From Camelus ferus (Eukaryota), in the NCBI RefSeq assembly GCF_009834535.1, contig NC_045707.1, positions 15,996,001-16,060,000 of the forward strand: 64,000 bases of DNA, read 5' to 3'. Below, piece by piece: positions 1 through 14,619 of the stretch (positions within the stretch are counted from its first letter, which is position 1; each line of letters opens with the position of its first letter). The notes beneath the pieces are model-generated. The model was not told the origin of the DNA and did not search any database. It saw nothing but the letters and a program-made list of their open reading frames with translations. Both the position numbers and the translations under genes were made by a program.

Positions 1-240
1 GTAATAGTAATTACATATATTATTATGTACACAGATACAGAAATCTGGAAAAATATGGACCAAACGATTGAGATTGGGTTATTTCTGGAAAGTGATGTGT
101 CTTGGGAAAGTTTTTACTTAGCATTATGTATGTTTAATATGTATGTTAATTTTTTTCCAGTTTTTTTAATGTGGTAAAATATAAAATACATGTAACAAAA
201 TTTATCTGTATTAATTTTAAGTGAAAAAGTAACAAAGATT

Positions 241-524
241 TTTTCTTTTTTTAGTTGATATATAATTGACATACAGAATTATATTAGTTTCAGGTATACA
301 GCATAATGATTCAATATTTGTATATATTGTAGGATGATCACCACAATAGGTCTCATTATTATATTACCTTTTGTAGTTAAAAAAAGTTGTTTTCTTATGA
401 TGAAGACTTTTAAGATTTACTCCTTTAGCAACTTTCAAAAGTGCAATGCAGTATTATTGACTATAGTCACCATGCTGTACATTCCATTCCCATGACTTAT
501 TTATTTTATAACTAGAAATTTGTA
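241..524 (-). mobile_element. L1 3' end fragment (L1MA9-like)
   Basis: T-rich start, then ttgacatacagaattatattagtttcagg...gtcaccatgctgtacatt typical of an antisense L1MA 3' UTR. Confidence 0.8.
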
Positions 525-1355
525 AAAGATAGTTTTTAAAGTGGTATCCCTAGTAAATTATTTGAAGCCTTAACATCAGTTCTTAATGATTTTTAGTCTA
601 AGTTTGGATTCTTCTGACTTAATGCTAGGGGCTAAATGCAACAGTAACTCCCTCTGTCACCTTAATAGAGAACTTTCTTTCTCTGTTCAAATATGACCTC
701 TGATATGGTGACATTTACCAAGGTAGCTGCCACTGGTACCAAGACCATTTTATTCCTTTTTTAATACACTTCCTTGTACCAAGGAAGATGAATTCAGTTG
801 AGTTAAGCAAACATTTATTGTAGGCCTCCTATGAGTCAAGCACAATTTAGATGCAAGAGAAGCACAGATGAAAACACAGGACACCTTTCTTAAACACAGG
901 AGTCCTTTGTGTAAGATAGAGGCAGCATAGAAGAGGGAGTGACAGGGGAAGAAGCCTGGGCACGGGTACTATCAAGAGCAGGCTTCATGGAGGTGGCAAT
1001 GTCTGAGCCATTTTGAAGGGTATTGAAGCTGTTTGCTGTATAGACATTCCAAGCTAAGAAAACATAATTTGTAGACATAGTTTGTAAAGGCAGGGGAATG
1101 TAAAATGCAAAATTAAAATTTCATTGCTCCTCCCCACCAGCACTTAGAGTAGTGCCAAGATTAATGTGATATCCTAATGTTACAGAACTGAATAGTTGCT
1201 GCCTCTGCCATAATTTAAAATGTTGAAGGGTCAATACTTAGAAATTGGTAAAAATGGTGTGCTCCTTATTGGCTTGCAGGTAACTCCTTGGACTGTCCTT
1301 CTCTACTTAATGACTCACACATCTCACACAGCTGTCTTTCAGTCTATCCATATCT

Positions 1356-1393
1356 ATCCATCCATCCATCCATCCATCCATCCATCCATCCAT
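1356..1393. repeat. (ATCC)n microsatellite, about 9 units
   Basis: Direct reading: atccatccatcc... Confidence 0.95.
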
Positions 1394-1849
1394 AGTAATG
1401 TCCTAGCAGGTAAGGGCACTTGGTGTCTGTTCTGTCCCTTGTCCTTAAAGCCCAGCTGTGCCACTTATGTACCATGTACCATGTATTAACCACTTCATAA
1501 AAACAAGCCAAGAATAGGAGGAGCTACTTTAAAAAATGTAAAATAATGTTTTACTCTTATCATTTTGGGAACGATGAAAAAAAAACCCAGCCCAATGTTG
1601 TCCTTAGATGTGAGGAAATGGACCTTCTCCCACCTTGTTGGTAGAAGTGTTTTTCTCGTATTACTAATGAGATTGGACATTTTGGAATATGTTTGTTGAC
1701 CATTTGTGCTTCCTCTAAACTACCTGTCTGTTGCCTCAGCCTATTTTTTTCTAAATTAGGTTGTTCTTTTTTTCTTATTTGCAGGAGCTTTCCTAATCCT
1801 AGGGATGCGAACATTTAAGTTTACTAGAGGATTAAAACAATACAAATAG

Positions 1850-2800
1850 ACAAGAGAAATCAATTAGATACGTAAGAATTAGGAAAGAAGAAATAAACTG
1901 TATTTGCAGTTGACATGATAATTCATATAGGAAGCCTGGGAGAATCAATGACAAAATTAATTTCATAAAATAAGTTCAGTCAAGTAGCAAGATTTGAAAT
2001 TAGTCCAGAAATCAGTAGCCTTCATATATGCAAAGAATAACCAGTCAAAAGATATAATGGTAGAGCAAATGTCATTCACAAAAGCAATAAAGAAGATAAG
2101 ACGTATTTACCAATAAGCTTCAAGACTGTATAAAACCTTTATGAAGGAAACTTAAAAATACCCTGAATGACACAAAGTAGACATGATAAATGGAAAGGCA
2201 TCCCTTGTTCTTAGATAGGATGATTCAATATCACATAGATGTTAGGGCTCCCAAAATGAGTTTATAAATTTAATCTAATCTCAGTAAAAACACTATCAAA
2301 TTTATTTATGGAGTTAGAAAATATATTTTTGAAGTTCATTTGGAAAAATAAACATGTAAGAATAGCTAGGAAAACATATGTGAGTGACTACACCTACTAG
2401 CTATTAAAACATACTCCAAAGACTCTAATTAAAATTAAATAGTGTGGTATATGGCACACGAACTGGCAGACAGACCATTGGAATAGAATAACAAATTCAG
2501 AAATAGACCAAAGTACATCTGGGATTTAGTATATGATAAAGATAGCATCGCAGATTACTGGGGTGAAAAAGTACTTTTTAATGAATGATGCTAGGACAAC
2601 TGGAAAAAGATGAAGTAAATCTATGCTTCACACCATATTCAGATAAAAACTTCAAACAGATCAGAGATCTACATGTAAAAAAGAAACCGTATAAGTACTG
2701 AAAGAAAACATTAGTTAAGTTTTCTATAATCTAAAGCTTATGGAAGGTCTGTGGAAAGGCTTTCTGAGACTCAAAATCCAGATGTAATAAAAGAGTACAT
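1850..2800 (+). mobile_element. Old degraded L1 ORF2 fragment
   Basis: tatttgcagttgacatgat, aaatggaaaggcatcccttgttc and gaatagaataacaaattcagaaatagac resemble L1 ORF2; many stops. Confidence 0.8.
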
Positions 2801-2810
2801 AAAAAAAAGC

Positions 2811-4665
2811 TTTTTTAAAATTGTGGTAGAAACACATAACATAAATTTACCCTCTTAACAATTTTTAAGTGTACATTACATTGTTGTTAACTATATGCAC
2901 ATTGTTGGTAGCTCTCTAGAATCTTTTCATCTTGGACAACTAAAACTGTATACCCATTGAACAGCAGTTCTATTTCTCCCTCCTCCAGCCCCTGCCAGCC
3001 ACCATTCTGCTGCCTACATTTATGTATTTGAGTACTTTAGATACATCTTATAAGTGGTATGTATTTTTTTGTGACTATTTTATTTCACTTAACAATGTCA
3101 GTGTAGTAGCATATCACAAGATTTCTNNNNNNNNNNNNNNNNNNNNNNNNNNNNNNNNNNNNNNNNNNNNNNNNNNNNNNNNNNNNNNNNNNNNNNNNNN
3201 NNNNNNNNNNNNNNNNNNNNNNNNNNNNNNNNNNNNNNNNNNNNNNNNNNNNNNNNNNNNNNNNNNNNNNNNNNNNNNNNNNNNNNNNNNNNNNNNNNNN
3301 NNNNNNNNNNNNNNNNNNNNNNNNNNNNNNNNNNNNNNNNNNNNNNNTAGTTCTATTTTTAAATTTTTGTGCAACCTCCATGCTGTTTTCCATAGCAGCT
3401 GTACCTTTTACAGTCGCACCAACAGTGCACAAGAGTTCCAATTTCTCCACATCTTCATCAACACTTGAGATTTTCTGCTTTTTTCTTTTTTAAACAACCA
3501 TTTTATATTTTTTGGAGAAATATCTATTCAAGTCCCTTGCCCATTTAAAATTGNNNNNNNNNNNNNNNNNNNNNNNNNNNNNNNNNNNNNNNNNNNNNNN
3601 NNNNNNNNNNNNNNNNNNNNNNNNNNNNNNNNNNNNNNNNNNNNNNNNNNNNNNNNNNNNNNNNNNNNNNNNNNNNNNNNNNNNNNNNNNNNNNNNNNNN
3701 NNNNNNNNNNNNNNNNNNNNNNNNNNNNNNNNNNNNNNNNNNNNNNNNNNNNNNNNNNNNNNNNNNNNNNNNNNAGAAGTTATTACCCATTCCAAGGTCA
3801 TGAAGTTTCTTCTCCTATCTTTTCTTGTAGGAGTTTTATAGTTTTATGTCCTGTGTTTAGGTCTTTAATCCGTTTTGATTAATTTTTGTATATGGTGAAA
3901 GATAAGGGTTCAGTTTCATTCTCCTACATATTCCAGCTTTCCCAGCACCGTTTATTTCTATCAAGACTATTTTTTGCCCATTGGATAGTGTTGACACCCT
4001 TGTCAAAGACAGNNNNNNNNNNNNNNNNNNNNNNNNNNNNNNNNNNNNNNNNNNNNNNNNNNNNNNNNNNNNNNNNNNNNNNNNNNNNNNNNNNNNNNNN
4101 NNNNNNNNNNNNNNNNNNNNNNNNNNNNNNNNNNNNNNNNNNNNNNNNNNNNNNNNNNNNNNNNNNNNNNNNNNNNNNNNNNNNNNNNNNNNNNNNNNNN
4201 NNNNNATTCAGGATTTTTTTTTCCCCTATTTCTTCAAAAAGTGCCTTTGGGATTTTGATGGAAATTGTACTGAATTACTTTGGGTAATATGAACATTTTA
4301 ACAATATTAGATCTCTCAACCTATGAACGTGGAATGTCTTTCCATTTATTTGTGTCTTCTCTCATTTCTTTCAGTGTACAGTTTCATGGTGTAAAGTGTT
4401 TCACCTCCTTGATTATGTTTATTCCTAAGGATTTTTTTAATTATGTTTATTCCTAAGCTATTATAAATAAGATTATCTTTTTACTTTCTTTTTCAGATGA
4501 TTTGTTGTTAGTGTTAAGAAATGCAGCTGATTTTTGTATGTTGATTTTTCTTTCCTACAATTGATGAGTTTATTAATTGGTTCTAAATATTTTTGTGAAA
4601 TCTTTAGGGTTTCCTACGTATAAGAACAGTCATCTGCAAACAGAAACAATTTTACTTCTTTTCTA
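2811..4665 (-). mobile_element. L1 (L1MB-like) 3' UTR and ORF2 end, containing three N gaps, inserted into the older + strand L1
   Basis: ttttaaaattgtggtagaaacacataacataaatttacc 3' end; gtctttaatccgttttg, cagcaccgtttatt and gtcatctgcaaacagaaacaattttacttc ORF2 motifs. Confidence 0.85.
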
Positions 4666-4989
4666 TGCTGATTTAAAAAAAGAATGAAGATCTCTAATAG
4701 CTGATATAGAAAGAGTTCCAGGATATATTGTTAAGTAAACAAAAAAAAAAGTGCAAAACAGTGTATATTGTATGCTACCTTTTGTGTATGAAGGATGAGG
4801 ATATGAGAAAATAGACTCGTAGCTGGTTATTTTTTGTAAAAAGAAATATAGGCAGGATAAATCAATAAGGAGATTGGTTACCTATTGAGAGTGTGTGAAA
4901 TTGGGGTAGAAGTGGGTGTTGGAGGCAGTGACACATCTTTAACTTTACCTTTTGGTATAGTTTTGACTTTTGGAACCATATTAATTAAA

Positions 4990-5557
4990 GGAAAATTTTA
5001 TCTTTACTCACACTATTCCTGACATCTAATATGTGAGTTTTCCACACCAAACAATTCTCCAGTTCTCTGCAGGTCCCAACTAGGTGTCCTACAATTTAAT
5101 TAAATTCTTACATTAACTACCTGGAGTTAGTGCAGACTCCATAGGCTCATTCCCACAAGACTGCCCCCACTTAAGCTGCCAATCACAAGTACAGATCTTC
5201 CTCAACTTACCATNNNNNNNNNNNNNNNNNNNNNNNNNNNNNNNNNNNNNNNNNNNNNNNNNNNNNNNNNNNNNNNNNNNNNNNNNNNNNNNNNNNNNNN
5301 NNNNNNNNNNNNNNNNNNNNNNNNNNNNNNNNNNNNNNNNNNNNNNNNNNNNNNNNNNNNNNNNNNNNNNNNNNNNNNNNNNNNNNNNNNNNNNNNNNNN
5401 NNNNNNNAACATATCTCTGAAACTATCTAGGATCCCACCAAGAGTTACCTCATTAGAAGAAAAACCACTCCTATCACTCAGGAAATTACCGGGATTTTAG
5501 GAACTCAGTGTCAGAAACCCAGGCGGAAACCAAATGTATATTTCTTACTATGTCACC
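4990..5557. mobile_element. LTR, MER21-like
   Basis: ttccacaccaaacaattctcc...aactacctggagttagtgcagac...cccacaagactgcccccactt...caggaaattacc resembles MER21. Confidence 0.75.
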
Positions 5558-5559
5558 TA

Positions 5560-7075
5560 ATGTTTATTCCACACCTTTGGGAAGGACCTATGGGATATGA
5601 AGAAAAACAAAGGAGCCTAACTACGTTATTCAGTAGAGTAATACAACCACCAAAGGGGAAAGGGGTAAGAACTAACTCAAATAGCTTTTGCACACAGTAC
5701 TTTAATTTAGTCTAAAGACAAAAAGAACTGCAAACAAATACTGAACTCTGGTTAGATGTATCTTTCATATGAATTGTGAAACTACTTTCTGTGTATTGTG
5801 GGATTGAGTGAATGAGTAAAATGTATTAATTACACTGTGAACCAGGTTTTACTGTTAGAGAAGGGAGTTTACAAATGGAAAAGGGGAAGATTGGAATGAA
5901 TTCTATGGTGTTGAATTGGAATTGGAGGTATTAATATGAACTCATTGTTTTTAATGTAGATATAGATGAAAATAGATATAGATGTATTTGTGTGAATATT
6001 TATGTTTATATTTCTTTATCTACTGAAAGAGCTTGAAAGAAGGATACCCCAACAGCACTACACACTCCTAGTTCTAAGATCTTGGTTTCTAAATACCATT
6101 CACCACTAAGATGAGCCAGAGCTACTTTGAGAAATGTGTAATTCCAGTGCTGGAGCAGGCAATGTACCAGATGAGCATGGATCATCTTGTACCAGGAAAC
6201 AAAGAACACTCAAAATGTCAGGAATATGTCAAAAGGACATAAAAGGTGGTTTGAAGGAGCTCCTGTTGACCAGAGCTGGGATATAAGGTTATCAAAATAA
6301 GTAACGCTAGTAACAGAATAGTCATGGAATAAAATGAGAATTGATAGGTCCAAATTGATATAAATTAATAAATGGTGGAGAAAGGAAAGCTTTTTCTTAT
6401 AACAGAATACCAACTAATAAATACAGAAGGAATGATGGAGTTATGAAACCATCATTGTGTAATCATTATAATAATAATTGATTCAGCCAAGAATCATCAA
6501 GGAATGCTAACATTAGTGGGTGAAAGTTTAATGAAGTATAACAACATTTACGTAGTCTCAAAAGTATTCACCCATTAATTATTTATTAATTACACAGAGG
6601 AAAGAATAGTAACTTTACAGTAGATTAACTTAGCAGACACCATCTTAACCAAGTAATCAAAGTCACTATTAGAAGATGCATTACTTCTATGATATTCCTG
6701 CCAAAATGCATAATTTGAACCTAATTATGAAGAAATATCAACAAACCAAAATTAAGGAGAATTTTACAGTACAGCTAGTCTGTACAAAAATGTCAAGGTA
6801 ATGAAAGACAAAGGTTGAGAAACTGTTCCAGATTATAGAATGATAAAGAGAATGACAACTAAATGTAATATGTGATTCTCTATTGTGTCCTGGATCAGGA
6901 AAAAAAAAAAAAGGGAAGGGGACTATAAAGGACATTACTGGGACAGTCGGCTAAGTTGGCATATGGATTGTGGGTTAGATAATAGTTTGTATCAGTTTTG
7001 AATTTCTTGATTTTGATAAATGTACTATGGTTAAAATAAGAAAAAAAATGTATTTCCTTGTTCTTAGGAAATATA
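5560..7075 (+). mobile_element. L1MC-type 3' UTR; upstream part at ~4670-4990, split by the LTR
   Basis: ctagttctaagatcttggtttctaaataccatt, cagacaccatcttaaccaagtaatcaaagt and ttttgataaatgtactatggt resemble L1MC 3' UTRs. Confidence 0.75.
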
Positions 7076-8372
7076 TCTCAGCAGTAGTTGGAATTAATCC
7101 TAAAGAAATAGGATTAGATATGTGCTAAAGTGAAAATACTGAATTATTCTTGCTGTGAATAGTTGTATGAATAGTAGCAAAAATTTTGGAAACAAGGTTG
7201 TTTGAAATGATGGAACATTCATACAGTGAAATACTACACAGCCTTTTAAAGTTATATTATAGGCCTACCTTTACACTGAAAGACGTTTCTATTTATATTG
7301 GTGAAGGTTTTTTCGGTTGCATGAGAGAGGACAACTCAGGCTGTCTTTAAGTGGCCAGGGTAGATTTTAGAAGCAGAGAAACAGCTGAGCAATCCCTAGG
7401 AAGGAAGAGACAGCTCTGGGTATCTAAACCTTGAAGTTCAAGGACTTCCTTCTTTCTAGGGCACTGTTGTTCAAGTGACTCCGCTCTAGCAGGTGCATTT
7501 TCTTAATTCAGAGTTTAAATCTTATTCCCACCCACCCACTCCATACACAGGATCTGATTGGTCCAACTCTCAAAAGGGGCATATTTACATAACACAGACA
7601 GGCTTTTAAGGATCATTTACATATGTAGATTGGGCCCATTCCTTGAGAAGAGGAAATCCTTGATAACTAGGAAGCCAGCTCAGGTGTTACCTACCCCAGT
7701 AGGATTTTATAAGAGTTAAAAAATCAAAGCACAGTACAAAATACTGTGTATAATATGATCCTATTTTGTAGAAATGTAGAGTGAGTTTGGGGATGGGAGT
7801 GGAGAATCAAAAGTTCTGTATGGATATGTTAATTTTGAGATGTCATCTAGACATTCAGGCAGAGAGCTGAATTCTTTTGTGATCAAAGTGGCAAACAAGT
7901 CCCATCACCCCTTATATTTTCTGGATCAAAATCAGCCCTTCTCTTCATATGGTATAGAACGAGCAGTCTCAACACCTTTCAGACAGTTAAGCAGATCCTA
8001 AGCTTGAAGAGCAGAGAGTGTCCTCTAGGCACCTGCACACAGGACTTGTTCCGATCAGGGGTGAGATCCCCACTTGGCACAGGTGCATGTCAGACTCCCC
8101 CTCTGTCTCCACCCCCCACCCTTATCTCCATTAGCACCTTGTCTGCTGTGTTAAGCTGTCTCATCATTCGGGGCTTTATTTTCCTTCTCTGTAAATTATC
8201 CTTGACTTCTTCTTTTGTCTCTTTTCCATTTTTGTTTTTAATTGTTATAACTCAAATGATAAGTGAAAGTCACCTAAACAACCCTTTTCAACGACTGAGA
8301 CGATAGTTCTGCTCACAGAAGTAAACACTTTGAGAGGCAGGAGCTAATAAATGCATATGTTTAATCTTTCAG

Positions 8373-8498
8373 ATATCCACACAGAAGCAGTTCAAGCCGC
8401 ACTGGCAAAGCATAAAGAACAGAAAATGGCTTTGCCCATGCCAACCAAAAGGCGGTCCACATTTGTCCAGTCTCCTGCGGATGCCTGCACACCTCCTG
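8373..8498 (+). CDS. DIP2B: DIP2B exon ~4 (126 nt, phase 1-1): (D)IHTEAVQAALAKHKEQKMALPMPTKRRSTFVQSPADACTPP
   Basis: ctttcag|ATATCC ... CCTCCTG|gtaggt; peptide lies in ORF 8351..8581. Confidence 0.97.
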
Positions 8499-11400
8499 GT
8501 AGGTTTATCAGAACCTTTCTCTCTGACAGGTACTACTTTGATGTTTCTGAAATAAGTTCTGCTGCTTCTTTTCTGGGGTAGGACCCAGAACTCTCTCCTC
8601 GTCATCAGAGGTGTTTAAGAGTACACACTGAAGGCGGCACATTTTGTCGCCTCGTAACCAACCAACAAAAAGATGCCTTAAGAGTAAAGCTGTTTTTTAA
8701 AAAAATGTCCTTCTGAATTTCTAGCGTTTCTTTGCTATAACCCTAAAACTCATGTAGTCATAAATAAATACAGATCAGAGTTTAGGATCTACAATATTAT
8801 CATTCTGTGGTTAAATAACTTTTCTCAGTGATACCCAAAATATCATGCACAGTCATACACGTCTTTAATAAATTTCTACTCTGCAGTCAGATGCTTTGTC
8901 TCTGTAACAGTCATAGCAATATATGGACTTGGGACAAAATTTTTTGTCATAAAAGATGATAGGAGAGCAATCATACAAAGTCATAATAAACCTGAAAAAC
9001 ATACGTTAAGTGTGTTTATATATGTGTATTAATATATTTTGTATGTGTTTATATATTTTTAAGAATCCACTTTTTATAATGGGATCATGAGATCTGCGGG
9101 AACTAAAAATTCCATCCTCATCTCTCAGACTTGGAAGCCTTACCCCCACCCAAAGTTAATTTAAGAGCTATAATTTCATATTTGAGGAACAACTGAAACA
9201 ACTTTAAGTTGTCTTATTTATTCAGAATTTTTCCTAAAGTTTTTTAAAACCTTAAAAAACTTTTTTTTCAATGAAATCCCAGACAAGATCTTGGTGTAGG
9301 CCTCTGAGACTAAACATAGTAAATCTATTTCAGAGCCTCAGTATAGTGTCTGTCTTTCTACTGTCACATTCCTGGTAATGAAATCTTTGGGGAAAAACGT
9401 TTTCTGTACTGTTTTGGGCTAAGCGACTTAGCGTGTCTTTTGGGGGAGATTCCTAGGAAGGTTACCTTGCTGTGGTTGACTTTAATTCACAGCTGTCAAG
9501 CTGAGCTGTTCACACTGATCCTGTTCCCTGGCCTAGGTTCATATTAATAGTTTTCTCCTAGGTTTTGGCTAACTTCTCAGAGCATTGGGGTGTGCTGTGG
9601 GCTCATTAACTGTGTGTGCTTTTTTTCTTTCCATCTGTGATGTCAATATGTTTGAAAGAGAAATAGCTCTGTGGCTTCAAGTGTTTCTCAAAACGTAACA
9701 GGGGATACCTCTAGCAGACCACCACAATGAGATGTTTTGTGCCTATAGTGGTGCATACTTCCAGCCCACTCATTCAGAATCTTGGATGGCTTCCCTTCCG
9801 CATTAGTCCAGCACCAGTTGGGTCCTCGTGGACAAAGGGGGCTCTCAGTTCAGTAGCTATTCCTTGCTGGCAGATTCTGCTGCCACACGGCTGAGGGTTC
9901 AGTTGCAGTAAATGGCAAAGGGTAGGGAGCAATGTGCCTCAGAGATCTTAGAAACAGTCTCTCCAGAGCTGTTCTGAGGAGATGCAGTTTCACAGTAAAC
10001 AGTCTGCTCTCACGGCCTCGAGTGAAATGTGAGAGTGCAGCGCAGGAATGCTCGGAAGGAATGGAAAGCTTTTCTGTCCCTTTACAAAAGTCATCGCCCG
10101 AGGGGAATTTACCAACTCTAGAAACAAATCATGGCTGTTCATTGCTGAATTGAGACCGTATCCCTTTGGAATGCACCACAGGCCCCTGTGTTTCTAAACA
10201 TTAATGTTCTGCTCTGTCTGCAGCCTTAAAGATGGGGCATAATCTTCTTGATCACCTTGTGTGTTTTAATAATTTCATGATTGTAAAGATTCCATCCTCT
10301 CTCCTAAGACCTTTGTCCAGCAGAGCAGAGTAATAAAAAGATTTCCTGTCCACTTATCTCCTCTTCCAGGGACCTCTGAATAGTATCTGAGAGACGTTAA
10401 TGTGCTCGTAGGGACATCAGTGTTGTCAAATAAAAGATGAATTTTCTTCCAACACGAAGAAACATTGAGAGTACCCTACACGTTGATACCTCATGCGACT
10501 CCCATATAGAGCTGGAGCTTGATGCAGCACCTGCCTGGGACAAATACTCTGCCCCAGTATGAGGCAATGTGCAAGGAACTGGATCATAAGGCTTCCATTA
10601 GCACCTTTCATTTTGGGGAATGGAATTTGCTCTTCCAAGTTAGGATTTGGATTCTGTTCTCTCCAAGCATCTGAGAGCCAGCTGTTAGAGACGTGACTGT
10701 TGCAGTTTAATCCTATGTCCCCATCTCCCAGAACCCAGTACAGCCTAACCCAGGGATGGCTGGTTGATTTTATCTTGCATATTTACTCCAGTAGCCCCTG
10801 AAACTCTGAAGTTTAAAGGAGATGCTGAGGCTCCAGGGATGGAGAGGAAGAAGAAAACTGAAGTTAATTATTGCTGGCTTTAGGCTGATTTGAAAAAAAA
10901 AACAGATTCTAGGCAGCTATAAAAATGACCTTGCTATGACTTTTTTTCTAGAAAAGTCGAGCCACTCTTGCAGGGCAAAATTCACCTCAAATTTCAGTGT
11001 TTTAGTTGTGTTGTGCTTTGTGCACTATCCAGGCAGTCACACAACACACGCATCACAAAGCATGTTTCTAGTCAGGGCCCTTACCCTGCACGTGCTATGC
11101 TATGTGGACCTAGTTTCTAAGGTACCTGCTGGAGTGCCCCGGCCAGTTGGCTTCTTTGGGAACCCCCCCACACACACACACATGACTGTCAGAATTACTG
11201 AATTGGTGAAGGTTTAGAGCTGTTTTTAGAGGGATTTAATAAAAAGGATAAAAGGAGCAAAATATGTCATAAATCTTGGCTTTATTCGTAGTATCATGTA
11301 GTCTGGGAGATATGGTAAATTGTTAGCTTGAGAGATAATTTGTCTTTTGTTCATAAATCCTTCTCAAATAATAAAATGGTAGTCAATCTAAAATTTGCTT

Positions 11401-12654
11401 ATTTATATATACACTAATTTCTGTCTCGTGGATTGGAAAATTTAAATTCTCCAAGTTGGTAGCAATCTATGGTTCTTTTAGTGCCTGTGGCCTTTTTCAG
11501 AGCCTTTTAAACTGCTTGAATTACTGCCATCCAGTTCTCTTTATGTGCTGAAATCATTTACTAATGTCATGAGGCAATTACCTCAGCTCTTTGTAGGGGT
11601 TCTTTGTGTAACGCTGTTACTCATTCATACGGATAAACACAATGCAAAAACTACAGCATACATTTTTTTTCCCCTCTAAGCTTTTTCTGCACCCATGTAG
11701 GCTCACCCTACGCTGCATTTTGAGGGTACACAGATGACCAGATAGACCACATAATGACCCCAAAACACAGTAAGCTACTTTGACTGGCTTGTGTTGAATG
11801 AAGTTTGAATTTAGAGTGCTGTCTCACAGAGGGCCCTGCCTGAAAATGACTACAGTAGTAATTCATAGGACTGGACAAGGAGAAATATACCTCTCCATGT
11901 TTCTCTCTGAAAATGATGCCCATGAACAGACTAGGATATTGTTACGTTTTTAACACACTTTGACAGTACTCTACTGAATTATAGTACATTGTAGTATACA
12001 GAGGACTTCCATATACCTATAGATGCCCTGCTAATTTGTTCCTCATAAGTAACCAGTGTGTGAAGTAGGAAGGCCAGATTTCTTTAGAGACGAGGAAACA
12101 AACAGGTGATAGTCACTAAGTGATTTGCCCCAGGTCATACAGCAATTATATGTCAGACTCAAGTTTCTTGGTTTTATTTTTTACTTAAGTGTCATGTTTG
12201 GGAAGTCCTCTTTTACTTAACAGATACTCCTGTATGCAAGGTACTAGAGTGGGTATTATTCCAAACACACTGAATAGCTATTGCATTCTGAGAGCTTATA
12301 GTCCAAAACATGTATTAGTCAGTAAATTTGAACTTAAAAGAGAATACTTGTCTCAGTTACCAACCTGGGGAGTTTTCCCCAGATATTCTAATTTTAGTTA
12401 AAACCACAAAGTAAATAGAGGTAGCAAATCAGAAGTCTATAAATGTGCTCTAATTAATAGATTTGGATTTTTTTAACAACATACTTTCATTATCAGTATG
12501 GGTTACGCTCCATAATTACTTGGAAGATTAGTATTCTATAGTCTTTAAGTCAAAGCGCAATAAAAACCCACTCTGTCAGATTGAATTTGTTTATTTCAAT
12601 GGGTGATTATAAAATTTAAGGTTTGCCAATAAAAGTAATTTCATAGTTAGCATT

Positions 12655-12790
12655 TCTTGAGTACCTCTGTGTACTAGTCAAAGGGCTAAGTGCTTAACAT
12701 ACATTTTTCATTATTTGTTTACTCAACAATCCACTGTCCCATTTTACAGATGAGAAAACAGGTTTAGCGAGGCTCAGTAAGTTGCCCAGA
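12655..12790 (-). mobile_element. MIR SINE; a second fragment lies at ~12040-12170
   Basis: cccattttacagatgagaaaacagg...agtaagttgcccag MIR core. Confidence 0.8.
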
Positions 12791-14619
12791 TTTCTATTTG
12801 CAGTTGTGTCGTCAGTTAGATAACCTGAAAACTGTCTCCTAGAAACAGGAGAAAGAACATTTTTCTTTAGAAATGGTAAATAGACTATAATCAGCTTCCT
12901 TGTCTATACAAAGGAGGAAGAGGGTAAGAGAATGATCACTGAAAATCAGTGTGGTAAGATGGGGCTGGCTTTGGCTGCCCTGGGGAAAGAGGGGAGGCAG
13001 TAAACAAGAGGCCTAAGTTTTAATTACTATAAGGGTGGAAAAGATAAAACCTTGGACCTATACAAGGTTAGAAGCTGGAATTGAGATCCCTAGAGGGGCT
13101 CACAGCTTCAGCAAAAGGGGAAACTAGAAAAAATTAACCTGCTGGCAAAGAAGACCTTGTCAAAAAAAGCTTGCCTGTTGGAATAATGTGGGCAGGGACC
13201 TTCCCTAAGAATTTGTGATCAGTGGGTACAAGATCTGAATTTCAGTGTCCTGCCTGGTAAGAACTAACATTAGAAAGCGGTCTAACTAACGTTAGAAATT
13301 GGTCCTTGGGCACAAGTGGTTTCTGAAAAGATGCAACCTCAACACAGGGACTTAGGAATCCCACAGGTAAAGATCCACTGAATTTTGTGAGGAACTACAA
13401 AAATAGAAAACACCGTGAGAAAGAATCAATAGAAAAACAACAGCAAACAGTAGAATTAAGACCCATAAGAACTGATTTGCCCAACAGCTATTGGCGGCAG
13501 AGCTAAGATGGGAGTTCAGAGCAGTCTGACTTTAAAAGCCTCTTCTCTAAACCACTTGACATACTGCCTGTCATTCTGCCATACTGTCAAGTAAGTGTTT
13601 TCTGTTGATTTTGGAGCTCTAACAGTTGTTGCATGTTTGATCTAACTTTTCAAGTAGACACAAAGGTTTTAAAAAATCTAATCTCACCCCAGGATTACTT
13701 GTAATATTAATTTTGTGTAATATTTTTCATAGACGTGGGACAATACCCAGAAAAACAGTGTTTGGAGACCCCTTATAGTAGAATGACCCTGGAGTAATGA
13801 GCGCCCCTTCTCTCATCAGTATCCCACTTTGAATATTAATGGTCAGGCCACTCATGGGCGTTTGCTGATTAGGGTATATGTGGTGATTTTTAGCCCCAAC
13901 CAGCTCTCTATGCACACAGATTAGTGTGAGATGCTAAAAAAATCTCTTGGGTAGTTCTAAAAATCTCCGTAATCCTTGTCTGGTGAATCAGTACCCACCC
14001 TGGTTGAGTTTAGTGCTAGATTAAGCTGCTCAGAATTTGTAGCCCAAGATAGATTCAGAATGGCCTACTTCCAGGACTAACCTTTTAATATTCTCTTCCA
14101 GGTGTGCTTTCATGCTAAGGGTGCCCCTTCTTGAGTCCCTAAGGCTTTTCCTTCCTAAGCTTCCGATTCTTTCTTTGCCTACATAGAAATTTCTTTTGCC
14201 TCTCTTGAAGGTTCTGAAGGTCCTTAATTCCCCTGACCCACCTGCCTGATACCGCTCCTTCCCACCCAACCCACACAAATAACATGCAAAAATTTCTTCT
14301 CTTGGGCTCCAGAATATTGTACACTAATTGTCCTAGTGGTTATTTCCTTTGTTCTTTGAAGCTCAAACATTTCCTGACCTAGTTTATGGGGCATATTTTG
14401 CAGTAGTTGTTAGGGTGAGATCTTTCTTTCAGTGAATCTTGACTTACCTGCTGTTCTAAGCTGGTGTTTGGGTCTAATTCGGGTGACAACTGTCAGAACC
14501 CAGTGGCAGGCACCATCTTCCAGAAACCTGTTCAGCTTGCACCATACACCCTCCGGTTGTATTGACTGACCCTCAGATGTTACCGTCCTTTAACCAGGGC
14601 ATCATTTTCACCCCTATAA

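Noticed and set aside
3022-5412. Long ORFs in the track at 3022-4292 and 5113-5412, and similarly at 18488-18814, 31039-31722, 47877-48536 and 52541-52885
   Set aside because: They are long only because they run through N gaps; the flanks are repeat or intron sequence. The exceptions are the DIP2B exon parts already listed.
9445-9454. NF-kB-like GGGAGATTCC and scattered AP-1 (TGACTCA) motifs
   Set aside because: Isolated short motifs are expected by chance in 64 kb.
13700-14070. Possible hAT MITE fragments (ccctggttgag end)
   Set aside because: Too degraded to define both termini or a family.
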